DNA from: a virus
Direction: 5' to 3' (one strand)
Length of the DNA stretch: 64,000 nt
IMG/VR virus record: IMGVR_UViG_3300037493_001906
Span: 54,099 to 118,098 of that record
Shown: positions 45,709 through 54,318 of the stretch, one piece after another
How the letters are laid out: every line of letters begins with the position of its first letter
How positions within the stretch are numbered: the first letter of the stretch is position 1
Notes under the pieces: generated by a model
The model's database searches: none
What the model was told of the DNA's origin: nothing
What the model saw: the letters and a program-made list of their open reading frames with translations, nothing else
Position numbers and translations under genes: made by a program

Positions 45709-45917
45709 ATGGTAGTGTTGCTTTAATACTTAGCCCTGATAATGAGGCAGAAGAAGCATTGATAAAACAACTATTAAAACAAGACAATGATATGGTACAA
45801 ATAAGAAATGCTGTACATGTTCTATCTAAGAACTATCCTAATGGAGTTATCATTGGAATCAAAGGTAAGTATGCTAGAGATATGTCTCAAGATGATACAG
45901 AAACTAAAGACTTGTAG
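45687..45917 (+). CDS. Hypothetical protein
   Basis: ORF track. Confidence 0.55.
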   Translation: MQVQFVLNGSVALILSPDNEAEEALIKQLLKQDNDMVQIRNAVHVLSKNYPNGVIIGIKGKYARDMSQDDTETKDL

Positions 45918-46311
45918 TAAATGTTTAGAGCTTAAACCTATATGGAAGAATAGTGAAGGTAATAGGTATTGTAAAGGATGCTGGAGTGCTCATTCAAAAA
46001 ACTCTAAGCCTATACCATATCACAAACAAAAGCCTATTGCCTCACGTTCTTCTAAAAGGATTAAGCAAGATGTTATTTATTCTAGGGAGAGGAAACTCTT
46101 CCTAGATAAATATCCTATGTGTCAAGCACACATGCCTGGGATTTGTACTTCTCTCTCTACTGATGTACATCATGCATGTGGTAGGACAGGGGATTTATAT
46201 TTAAACCAAGAACATTGGATTGCATTATGTAGACAATGCCATAATTATTTAGAACTTAATCCAATTATAGCAAAGGAATTAGGATTTAGTAAATCAAGAT
46301 TAATAAAATAA
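45892..46311 (+). CDS. HNH/NinG-like nuclease; likely start 45892
   Basis: CSKC...CKGC; CQAH...C...DVHH...WIALCRQCHNYL. Confidence 0.7.
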   Translation: MIQKLKTCSKCLELKPIWKNSEGNRYCKGCWSAHSKNSKPIPYHKQKPIASRSSKRIKQDVIYSRERKLFLDKYPMCQAHMPGICTSLSTDVHHACGRTGDLYLNQEHWIALCRQCHNYLELNPIIAKELGFSKSRLIK

Positions 46312-46315
46312 GACA

Positions 46316-47152
46316 ATGAAAAACATACACATATTACCAACAGATAAACCAAGTAGGTTAATTCTTCAAGGTTCTGAATTAGTTCTATCTAAATATATGG
46401 AAGTGAATGAAGGATTTTCAGAGTTTAACCAAAACATCTACATCACATCTGATGTAGAAATTAAAGAAGGAGATTGGATATTAAATCCTACAAATGAAGT
46501 TCAAAATTGTATTGGTTTAGAAAAAGGAATAGGTACAGATAATATTTGTTGGGTTAAAGTTAAAGAAACTACAACATTACAACAAATACTAAATTCTCAA
46601 AAACTTATCATAACAACAGACAAAGACCTAATCAAAGATGGTGTACAAGCTATCAGTAATGAGTTCTTGCAATGGTTCGTTCAGAATCCAAGTTGTGAAG
46701 AGGTTGAGATAGAATCTTGGCAAACAAAAGGAGACTGGGATTTAGATTACAAAATAATCATTCCAAACGAAGAACCTAAATACCCTATTGGAGGTTATGC
46801 TCCAGGTTATTATGGATGCACTTGTGTAACTTGTAAAACAGAATTTATGGGAGATAAAAGAGCAGTTCAATGTGAGCCTTGTGCTATTGAAATGACAAAA
46901 GAAGAACCTAAACAAGAAACACTTGAAGAAGCTGCTGAAAGATGGAATGAAAAACAAACTAAATTAGAGTTTGGTAAACCACATAATGCTCCAAATAGAA
47001 TTAAAGCATTTATTGCAGGTGCTAAATTGCAACAAGAGAGAATGTATAGTGAGGAAGAAGTTTACAATATTTTAGTACAACATACTATTGAATTATTTAA
47101 AGGACAACCTTGTACATTAGATGAATTTTTTGAACAATTTAAAAAGAAATAA
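46316..47152 (+). CDS. Mosaic hypothetical protein with an embedded zinc ribbon
   Basis: MKNIHILPTDKPSRL...IYITSD; GGYAPG..CTCVTC...QCEPC; EPKQETLEEAAE; MYSEEEV. Confidence 0.65.
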   Translation: MKNIHILPTDKPSRLILQGSELVLSKYMEVNEGFSEFNQNIYITSDVEIKEGDWILNPTNEVQNCIGLEKGIGTDNICWVKVKETTTLQQILNSQKLIITTDKDLIKDGVQAISNEFLQWFVQNPSCEEVEIESWQTKGDWDLDYKIIIPNEEPKYPIGGYAPGYYGCTCVTCKTEFMGDKRAVQCEPCAIEMTKEEPKQETLEEAAERWNEKQTKLEFGKPHNAPNRIKAFIAGAKLQQERMYSEEEVYNILVQHTIELFKGQPCTLDEFFEQFKKK

Positions 47153-47153
47153 C

Positions 47154-47378
47154 ATGAAAAGATTACTATTATTTTTTGGGAACTTTTTAGTTTCAATGAT
47201 TTTTGGTTTTGATATTATGAATTACTATATGTTTGGTGGTATTAATATAATTAACAATGATGTAAATAGATTTTTTATAATGTGGTTAGGTTTTATAGTA
47301 AGCACAATATCAATTTGTTGGTTTATGTTTGACCACTTTAAGTATAAAGAACAATTTAAAAAGGAGGACAAACAATGA
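47154..47378 (+). CDS. 2-TM membrane protein ending EDKQ
   Basis: ORF track, trimmed to MKRLL. Confidence 0.55.
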   Translation: MKRLLLFFGNFLVSMIFGFDIMNYYMFGGINIINNDVNRFFIMWLGFIVSTISICWFMFDHFKYKEQFKKEDKQ

Positions 47379-47518
47379 GATTATTAGAATACTTAAATGT
47401 AAGTATGTATAGATTGAAAGAGTTTTTTCTATATACTATTTGTGGAATAGATTTTTATAGGAATTATTCAAGATTTTATTGGGGTAATATTTTTAATAAA
47501 AAGGATGACAAACAATGA
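47375..47518 (+). CDS. 47-aa peptide ending DDKQ
   Basis: ATGA coupling on both sides. Confidence 0.5.
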   Translation: MRLLEYLNVSMYRLKEFFLYTICGIDFYRNYSRFYWGNIFNKKDDKQ

Positions 47519-47757
47519 AACAAACAGCAGTAGAATGGTTGCAAAAGCAACTAAAAGATGTAAAGTATAATCCATTAGAAAAAAATGGTTATTCAATTGC
47601 AGAAGAAAGATTATTTAACCAAGCCAAAGAAATGGAGAAAGAGCAGATAATTGATGCTTTTGGTGTTGGTTGTCAAGTTGAATCAACAAGACTAATTGGT
47701 TATCAAGGTATGGCAAAACAATACTACAACGAAACCTTTAATAAAGACAAGCAATGA
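47515..47757 (+). CDS. KQTAVEWL-family hypothetical protein
   Basis: MKQTAVEWL...AKEMEKEQIIDAF...YYNETF. Confidence 0.65.
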   Translation: MKQTAVEWLQKQLKDVKYNPLEKNGYSIAEERLFNQAKEMEKEQIIDAFGVGCQVESTRLIGYQGMAKQYYNETFNKDKQ

Positions 47758-48308
47758 TTGAAGTTATATGTGGTCCTATGTTCTCAGGTAAGACTGAAGA
47801 ACTTATTAGGAGACTTAAGAGAGTAGCAATATCAGGGCAAACTTATATAGTTATTAAGCCTAAGATTGCTAGTAGATATGATGCAGAAGATACAGGTATA
47901 TCCACACATGATGAAACTAATTCATTGAATGCTGTGGCAGTAGAAGATTGTATTGCAGATATTTATTATGCTACTGAAGAATACAATGTAGTTGCTATTG
48001 ACGAGGCCCAATTCTTTAGTGAGAAGCTCTATCAAGTAGTAATGATGCTAGCAGATAGTGGGAAAAGAATAATAATCTCAGGTCTTGATACAGACTTTAG
48101 AAGAAAACCTTTTCCTACTATAGCCAACCTAATGTCTGTTGCAGATAAGGTAGACAAGTTACACTCTATATGTATGGGGTGTAAGGAAGATGCTATCTAC
48201 TCTCTCAGAACTTCTAATGAAACAGATCTTATGGTTATAGGAAACCAGGATACTTATTTACCCCTATGTAGAAAATGTTATAATAATAAAAAAGATGGAA
48301 CTAAGTGA
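47754..48308 (+). CDS. tdk: Thymidine kinase
   Basis: GPMFSGKTEEL, IDEAQFF, GLDTDFRRKPF, CMGC...LCRKC. Confidence 0.95.
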   Translation: MIEVICGPMFSGKTEELIRRLKRVAISGQTYIVIKPKIASRYDAEDTGISTHDETNSLNAVAVEDCIADIYYATEEYNVVAIDEAQFFSEKLYQVVMMLADSGKRIIISGLDTDFRRKPFPTIANLMSVADKVDKLHSICMGCKEDAIYSLRTSNETDLMVIGNQDTYLPLCRKCYNNKKDGTK

Positions 48309-48552
48309 AATAGAACAATTGGCCAGGGAACATTACCCTCACCACTTTGATTATCAACAGGTATGGGTCAATGCTTTTACTAAAGCCTTAGAACTATGTG
48401 CTGATAAAGAATTTTCTGTAGCTGATTTGAATATGGCTATTAATTTAGCAAGACATATTAATCATACTGTATGGGAACTACCACAGAATACAATAATTGA
48501 AAGATTAATTGAACTTAAAACAAATAACAATGACAATCCAAGGACACCTTAG
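48295..48552 (+). CDS. Hypothetical protein
   Basis: ORF track. Confidence 0.55.
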   Translation: MELSEIEQLAREHYPHHFDYQQVWVNAFTKALELCADKEFSVADLNMAINLARHINHTVWELPQNTIIERLIELKTNNNDNPRTP

Positions 48553-48769
48553 AAAAGAAAAAGATGGTTGGTATATTCAGTATAGGTCAGAAGAAGCAGG
48601 ACAAGACTATACTTGGTATGATAGATTACCTATACAAGACCAAAAAGATTTTGGTGATGAATGGATTGGTGTAAAGGCATTAGCAGAAACAATTGATGTA
48701 CCTAAATTAGATAATGGTGCAACTAATCAGTATATTAGATATGCTAAAATTATAAAACTAATCCTATGA
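48530..48769 (+). CDS. Hypothetical protein; likely start MTIQGHL
   Basis: ORF track, trimmed. Confidence 0.55.
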   Translation: MTIQGHLRKEKDGWYIQYRSEEAGQDYTWYDRLPIQDQKDFGDEWIGVKALAETIDVPKLDNGATNQYIRYAKIIKLIL

Positions 48770-49149
48770 AAACTATACAAGAACATTATAAAAAAGAAAT
48801 TGAAGAGTTTAGAAATGAAGTAACAAGAGTTGTGCATGATTCCTTCATGGAATTAATGGAGCAACCACCTGTATTATTTGGTATTAAAGCTGACAGTGCT
48901 CCTAATGAAATATTTGTATTAGATGGACTAGATAGCTTACCTGAAATGGAAAACAACACACTCATGTTTGAAGCTATTAAAGAGTTTAATAAGAAAACTA
49001 AACCTATTGTAATAGCTTTTGCAAGTGAAGGTTATATGAGAGACTTTGATCCTCTATTAGATGAGGATGGAGAGTTGGAGGCGAAAACCTCCACTTCTAA
49101 TATGCACCCAATTTTTCAACAAGCACTAAAACCATTTGGAATAAGATAA
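48766..49149 (+). CDS. Hypothetical protein, probably 3'-truncated by an insertion
   Basis: Composition changes near 49080; start-less C-terminal frame at 49858-50076. Confidence 0.5.
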   Translation: MKTIQEHYKKEIEEFRNEVTRVVHDSFMELMEQPPVLFGIKADSAPNEIFVLDGLDSLPEMENNTLMFEAIKEFNKKTKPIVIAFASEGYMRDFDPLLDEDGELEAKTSTSNMHPIFQQALKPFGIR

Positions 49150-49204
49150 TATGGATTGGATAAAATTACCTAAACCACTATTACTAATTTAAAAAACAAA
49201 AAAT

Positions 49205-49504
49205 ATGAACGCAAAAGAAAAAGCAAAAGAACTAATAGAAAAGTATTTAAAAGTTGACATTGAAATAGGTGGTCTTCTAAGTCTGCAATGTCGTCAACAC
49301 GATGGTTATCTTACAATGAAAATTCACGATGCCAAACAATGTGCTTTGATTGCAGTTGAAGAAATATTGCATTGTGAAGCCACAGAGCCATCCGATACCG
49401 ATTGGGATGATTGTGGTGCAACTGCTCAATATTATTGGCCACAAAAGAAAATCGATGCAGGTAAATTTTGGGGCGATGTCAAGTCGGAGTTGCAGTCTTT
49501 GTAA
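49205..49504 (+). CDS. Hypothetical protein (KEKAKEL...AKQCALIAVEEIL family), cassette-like
   Basis: CpG-rich relative to the genome; stop followed by TTGCGTATAAC. Confidence 0.65.
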   Translation: MNAKEKAKELIEKYLKVDIEIGGLLSLQCRQHDGYLTMKIHDAKQCALIAVEEILHCEATEPSDTDWDDCGATAQYYWPQKKIDAGKFWGDVKSELQSL

Positions 49505-49572
49505 GGTTGCGTATAACGGTTTTTTGTATCAGAAATTAAAACAAACAAAATGACACTAACAGATTTAAAACA

Positions 49573-49761
49573 ATGAAAACATTAGCAGATGGATTTGAAG
49601 TATCGGCAAGAAGTTATTACTACTTACTTGATTGGAACGAAGTAAACGAATGGAAATATATTACTCACGCCTTTCTGAAAACAAGATTGTGTGATTTGAC
49701 AAAGGATGAATATAAGAAGTTATTTGACCATGCTACAACGTCTGAAATGAACGGATGGTAG
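49573..49761 (+). CDS. Cassette-like hypothetical protein
   Basis: Stop followed directly by an attC-like site. Confidence 0.6.
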   Translation: MKTLADGFEVSARSYYYLLDWNEVNEWKYITHAFLKTRLCDLTKDEYKKLFDHATTSEMNGW

Positions 49762-49763
49762 CC

Positions 49764-49857
49764 TTGCACATAACGTTTTGCAGATAAGCGAAGGCACAAA
49801 TAGCGTGGGCATTGTGCGGTTGGATTTGGGCTTTTGCTTAGCTGCTGTTAGCAGTAG
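49764..49857 (+). mobile_element. attC-like recombination site (integron-cassette type)
   Basis: TGCACATAAC...GCAG.TAAGCGAAG..CACAAAT...ATTGTG...TTTTGCTTA.CTGC.GTTAGCAG imperfect inverted repeat. Confidence 0.55.
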
Positions 49858-50076
49858 TGCCTTTCTCGAATTAAAATAAAACTTCTGGGCGGAGTTTATT
49901 GGGAAATAGATAGAGATGAAGATGATAAGATTATAGGTATAACCCTGCTTCAAGATAAAGCATGGAGAACAAAAGGAGAAACTACAGGAGAGATGTCTAA
50001 ACTATTAACTAAAAATTATAGCTTGATGACTTCTAAAGTAGAAGACTATTTAGATAAAAAATTTAATATGAACTAA
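49858..50076 (+). pseudogene. Start-less open frame, likely the detached C-terminus of 48766
   Basis: ...IKLLGGVYWEIDRDEDDKIIGITLLQDKAWRTKGETTGEMSKLLTKNY...MN*; no ATG until late. Confidence 0.45.
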
Positions 50077-50077
50077 C

Positions 50078-50260
50078 ATGGAAATAAGAATCATTATATG
50101 GATATTCATAATATACATATTAATATCTCAATGCCTAGCTGTTTATTATTTATATCTATTTGCTCAGCACCATGGGTTTTGGACAACGCTCCTAATTGGT
50201 CCTATAGTATCTGAACTCAAAGGATTAATATGGATTATTAACCAACCTCATTTTAATTAA
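50078..50260 (+). CDS. Small membrane protein
   Basis: Hydrophobic. Confidence 0.55.
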   Translation: MEIRIIIWIFIIYILISQCLAVYYLYLFAQHHGFWTTLLIGPIVSELKGLIWIINQPHFN

Positions 50261-50262
50261 TT

Positions 50263-51345
50263 ATGACAAGAGAACAAATTCAAAGTGAAGCTCTACAAAG
50301 TTTACTATCATCCACTCATGGTACAATTGCTATGTCAATGGGTTCTGGTAAAACTCTTGTAGGTCTCAAACATATGGATGCTAACTACACAGACTATGCT
50401 AGATTCCTTGTTGTTGCACCTAAAATATCCATCTTCCAAGAATGGATAGATCAGGCTAATAAGTTTAACCTATCTCATTTAATAGAGCATATTAAGTTTA
50501 CTACTTACTTATCTCTATATAAACAAGATCTTGACTATGATGTTGTGTACTTAGACGAGTGCCATTCGCTAAAATTCTCTCACAAGGATTGGCTTGACCA
50601 ATACAAGGAAAAGATTGTTGGCCTCACGGGAACTCCTCCTAAGTACGCATCATCAGAGAAAGGTAAAATGGTTAATGACTATTGTCCTGTAATTTATAAT
50701 TATTCCACAGATTCTGCAGTAGAAGACAACATCCTCAATGATTATAGAATAAAGGTACACATGCTCAGCCTGGGTACTAAATCAAATATTCCTGTAAATA
50801 CAAGAGGTAAAGGGTTTATGACTTCAGAATACAATAATTATAATTATTGGACCAATAGAATCTTAGATGCTAAATCTGCTAAGGAAACTCAAATTACTAG
50901 AGTAATGAGAATGAAAGCCTTGCAAGGATTTAAATCTAAAGAAGAACTTGCTAAGACATTACTCATTAATACTAATGAGAAGATAATTGTATTTGCTAAT
51001 ACTATGGAACAAGCAGATAGCTTTGGTATTCCTAGTTATCACAGCAAAAATACATTATCTGAAGAAAATCTCCGTCTATTTAAATCAGGAGCTATTAAAA
51101 AGATGTCTTGTGTACTGCAATTAAATGAAGGTGTTAATATTCCTAATCTTAAAGAAGGAATAATAATGCACGCATATGGTAATGAACGTAAGTCAAGCCA
51201 GCGTATTGGCAGGCTTCTTAGGTTAAATCCTAATGAAACAGCTGTAATACATATATTATGCTATAAAAATACAGTAGATGAGCAATGGGTTAACACAGCT
51301 CTAGAAGATCTTGATCAAACTAAAATTAAATACTTAAATTACTAA
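50263..51345 (+). CDS. Superfamily 2 helicase
   Basis: MGSGKT, DECH, GLTGTP, LNEGVNIP, QRIGRLLR. Confidence 0.9.
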   Translation: MTREQIQSEALQSLLSSTHGTIAMSMGSGKTLVGLKHMDANYTDYARFLVVAPKISIFQEWIDQANKFNLSHLIEHIKFTTYLSLYKQDLDYDVVYLDECHSLKFSHKDWLDQYKEKIVGLTGTPPKYASSEKGKMVNDYCPVIYNYSTDSAVEDNILNDYRIKVHMLSLGTKSNIPVNTRGKGFMTSEYNNYNYWTNRILDAKSAKETQITRVMRMKALQGFKSKEELAKTLLINTNEKIIVFANTMEQADSFGIPSYHSKNTLSEENLRLFKSGAIKKMSCVLQLNEGVNIPNLKEGIIMHAYGNERKSSQRIGRLLRLNPNETAVIHILCYKNTVDEQWVNTALEDLDQTKIKYLNY

Positions 51346-51349
51346 ATAA

Positions 51350-51721
51350 ATGAAAACAAAAAAAGCAGTTAAAAAGGTAGCAAAAAAGGGAACAATCTCT
51401 AAAGTAACTAAACAAGTTAAATCTGTAGCAAATCCATTTGAAATATTAGAGGATGTGTCATTAGTAAGGACTAGTGCACTAACAGATCCTAATATTGATA
51501 AGCTTATTGAACAAATAAATAAACTTGAAGTAGGTAACAAGAACCAATCAATTAATGTTCCTACTACACTGTATCCTCTTAAGAAAGATGCTAACAATTT
51601 AATTAGAATAGTTAAATATAAGTTTAAAGAAGAAGGATTAGGTATTATTATATCTGCAAAAACTATTTTATCAAATGATAAAAAAGTGTATCTTGGCACC
51701 AGAATCTTTAGAATAAACTAA
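51350..51721 (+). CDS. Basic hypothetical (possible DNA-binding) protein
   Basis: ORF track. Confidence 0.6.
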   Translation: MKTKKAVKKVAKKGTISKVTKQVKSVANPFEILEDVSLVRTSALTDPNIDKLIEQINKLEVGNKNQSINVPTTLYPLKKDANNLIRIVKYKFKEEGLGIIISAKTILSNDKKVYLGTRIFRIN

Positions 51722-52041
51722 TGGCAACAACAGCATTACAAATAGAGAAAGATGGTAAGGTAGAGAGAATCTATTTTATGACAACAGCAAAAGAAAATGG
51801 AGAAGTTGATGTAGATATTTTTATAGCTGATGATGATTGGATACCCCAAGGTACTCCTTCTATTGGCTATGCACCTATGGGTGAAGAACAATATCATACA
51901 GAACTGAGGGTATTGGCTATTGAAAAAAATCAATATGTGCCATACCAATCCACTAATCCAGAATGGAATCCAGGATATAATCCTGAAGACTATGATTATG
52001 ACAAACTCTTAGAAGATACAGATTTAAATGAGTCCCTTTGA
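51721..52041 (+). CDS. Acidic hypothetical protein
   Basis: ORF track. Confidence 0.6.
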   Translation: MATTALQIEKDGKVERIYFMTTAKENGEVDVDIFIADDDWIPQGTPSIGYAPMGEEQYHTELRVLAIEKNQYVPYQSTNPEWNPGYNPEDYDYDKLLEDTDLNESL

Positions 52042-52327
52042 TGTAATTTGTGTTAATGATTCTAACAGACCTGATGGAATACCCACAAGTAAGTGGGTAA
52101 AGAAAGGAGAAATCTATACAGTTATTTTAGTAGGAAGAATGCTCATGCAAAATGGTTGCATGGGCTTCAAACTTAAACAACTTGATATAGATGATTGTTT
52201 TCCTTATCAATTCTTCAGTGCTGAAAGATTCAGAATGCTACAAGATGCAGATGTGTGGACAGAATCAATCTTAAATAAGATTGTTGAAGAAGCAGAAGAC
52301 GAATTAGTTAAAATTTCATTAAAGTAG
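52028..52327 (+). CDS. Hypothetical protein
   Basis: ORF track. Confidence 0.6.
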   Translation: MSPFDVICVNDSNRPDGIPTSKWVKKGEIYTVILVGRMLMQNGCMGFKLKQLDIDDCFPYQFFSAERFRMLQDADVWTESILNKIVEEAEDELVKISLK

Positions 52328-52328
52328 T

Positions 52329-52391
52329 CCTTGTCCAGGTATGGCTTACTGACAAAACTAGTATTTTGTGTAAGTCATGCCTAGGTCAAGG
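52329..52391. other. 63-nt intergenic hairpin
   Basis: CCTTG..AGGTATGGCTTAC..ACAAAA / TTTTGT.GTAAGTCATGCCT..CAAGG. Confidence 0.65.
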
Positions 52392-52402
52392 CAATTATAT
52401 AT

Positions 52403-52636
52403 ATGCAAAAACAAACTCCACTTCAAGAACTAATAGAATTTATGTCACATAATGTCTATAGAGGTAATGCAATTGTATATGGTAAAGTATTAGAGTTACT
52501 TGAAAAAGAACAAGAAGAATTATCTGAAGCTTTTAACAATGGTAGACACAATGCTAAATATGTACTTACTACATCACCAATAAATGGGATTGAGTATTAT
52601 AACAAAACTTATGGAAAATTAAATGTTGACATCTGA
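52403..52636 (+). CDS. KQTAVEWL-family paralogue
   Basis: KQTPLQELIE...LEKEQEEL...YYNKTY. Confidence 0.6.
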   Translation: MQKQTPLQELIEFMSHNVYRGNAIVYGKVLELLEKEQEELSEAFNNGRHNAKYVLTTSPINGIEYYNKTYGKLNVDI

Positions 52637-52874
52637 AGAAATAGAACAAGCTGCTCAAGACCATATTAATAGAACATATGGCAAACTTATTAGTAAAACA
52701 ACAAAAGAAAATATTAAAAATACCTATATTGCAGGTATAAAATTTGGTATAAAAGAAACAGCAAGTGACTATGCAGACTCTTATAATGAATTATTAGAAT
52801 GGCTATCACAAATACTTCCTATAGAAGAACTAGAAGCAATTGAAGCTGTAATTGAATCAAAACATAGAATATAA
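52623..52874 (+). CDS. Hypothetical protein
   Basis: ORF track. Confidence 0.6.
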   Translation: MLTSEEIEQAAQDHINRTYGKLISKTTKENIKNTYIAGIKFGIKETASDYADSYNELLEWLSQILPIEELEAIEAVIESKHRI

Positions 52875-52876
52875 TA

Positions 52877-53080
52877 ATGAAAACTGCTTTACAAACATTT
52901 ATTGATGAAATTCCTGTTATCTCTAGTGAATCATTGGAGATTATAAAATTAGCTGAATCTTTTCTCCCCCTAGAAGAAGAACAAATCAAAGATGCTTGGT
53001 CAGCAGGACATAGAGTTGTTACAAGAAATCCAGAGCATGATGTAACTCCTGATGAGTATTATGATGATCAATTTGATTAG
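52877..53080 (+). CDS. KQTAVEWL-family paralogue
   Basis: KTALQTFI...EEEQIKDAW...YYDDQF. Confidence 0.6.
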   Translation: MKTALQTFIDEIPVISSESLEIIKLAESFLPLEEEQIKDAWSAGHRVVTRNPEHDVTPDEYYDDQFD

Positions 53081-53082
53081 CA

Positions 53083-53310
53083 GTGGCCAGGACAGCATTA
53101 GAACTCTATATTGATTGGTTAAAGACTGACCAACCTACTAATACAAAAGGTATTAGGAAAGCTATTAAGATGCTAGAAATAGAGCGTCAACAAATAATAG
53201 ATACATATGATATGGGATGGGTTCAATGCTTAAGGAAAGAAGGTAAGCCTGCTGAGAAACATTATAATGATAAGTATGGTAAATTAGAAAACAAATACTA
53301 TGAAGATTAA
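53083..53310 (+). CDS. KQTAVEWL-family paralogue (GTG start)
   Basis: RTALELYIDWL...ERQQIIDTY...HYNDKY. Confidence 0.6.
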   Translation: MARTALELYIDWLKTDQPTNTKGIRKAIKMLEIERQQIIDTYDMGWVQCLRKEGKPAEKHYNDKYGKLENKYYED

Positions 53311-53548
53311 TTTAAAAGAATTAGCACAAGACAAAGAAGTAATTAAATATTGCCAAAAGATATTGGTAGAAAACTCAGAAACTAAAGCCCTGTCAAGAAA
53401 ACTTAACAGGGTTCTTCGTTTTATGGAGGAAGTAGAAGTAGATTTAGAAATGGGTGGTGAGTCTATTATAGAATTAGATATGCCCAGGACTAAAGCTATA
53501 GAAGAAAGAGATAAAGCAATGAGATTCATGAATAATGAAGATGAATAA
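53300..53548 (+). CDS. Hypothetical protein
   Basis: ORF track. Confidence 0.55.
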   Translation: MKINLKELAQDKEVIKYCQKILVENSETKALSRKLNRVLRFMEEVEVDLEMGGESIIELDMPRTKAIEERDKAMRFMNNEDE

Positions 53549-53952
53549 TGGCAGGTAAACATAACATATTCCATGGTCAGTTCCATAAAGGTGAAGATGG
53601 TAAACTGACAGCAACAGGAGCTACTAAAGAAAGGTATCTTAAATTTATTAAAGCTTTAGAACCTGAACAAACTGTAGAAGCATTCTTTGAAGCTAATGAG
53701 GACAATGGAACAGTGCCTCAATTAGCTAAGATACATGCTTGTATAAGGGAATTAGCCAAAGAAATTGGTGAGCCTTATGAGGATATGAAACTAGAAGTTA
53801 AAAGACAATCAGGTCTTTGTGTTAAAAAAGAAGTTAATGGAGAATTGTTTATGGTATGCAAGTCTTTTGCAGATTGTTCTAAAGAAGAACTTGCACTAAC
53901 AATAGAAGCTATTAATAGGATTGGAGAAATGATTGGAATTAACTTCCACTAG
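53548..53952 (+). CDS. NinB-like protein
   Basis: TVPQLAKIHACIRELAKEIG...SFADCSKEEL. Confidence 0.55.
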   Translation: MAGKHNIFHGQFHKGEDGKLTATGATKERYLKFIKALEPEQTVEAFFEANEDNGTVPQLAKIHACIRELAKEIGEPYEDMKLEVKRQSGLCVKKEVNGELFMVCKSFADCSKEELALTIEAINRIGEMIGINFH

Positions 53953-54280
53953 GTGGTACAGGAACAATCATCTTGTAAAATTCTTCACTTGATAATTCCT
54001 TTTCTTCTGCTTTACCTTCTTTTTTAGCAGTCTTCTCCATAGCATCTACTAGTCCAACAAGAATAAATATTGTTTCTTCTTGTTGAGTATTACTTGCTTG
54101 ATTGGTTTTCATTTTCTCTAAGATATTAATGAATTCATTATTACCAATAGATTCACCATAAGTCATTAGAAGTATTTGACATCTTCTAAGGAAGTATCCA
54201 GATACCTCTATGTTAAACAAAGTATCCATTGAAATAATAGGCACTTTATATTTTTCTGGTTGTTCTGTATTTTGCTCCAT
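53939..54280 (-). CDS. Isolated minus-strand hypothetical protein
   Basis: TATATTTGC element 2 nt upstream of the ATG. Confidence 0.6.
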   Translation of the reverse strand: MEQNTEQPEKYKVPIISMDTLFNIEVSGYFLRRCQILLMTYGESIGNNEFINILEKMKTNQASNTQQEETIFILVGLVDAMEKTAKKEGKAEEKELSSEEFYKMIVPVPPSGS

Positions 54281-54318
54281 CCTGCAAATATAATTGTAAA
54301 AATTAAATAAACAAAATC

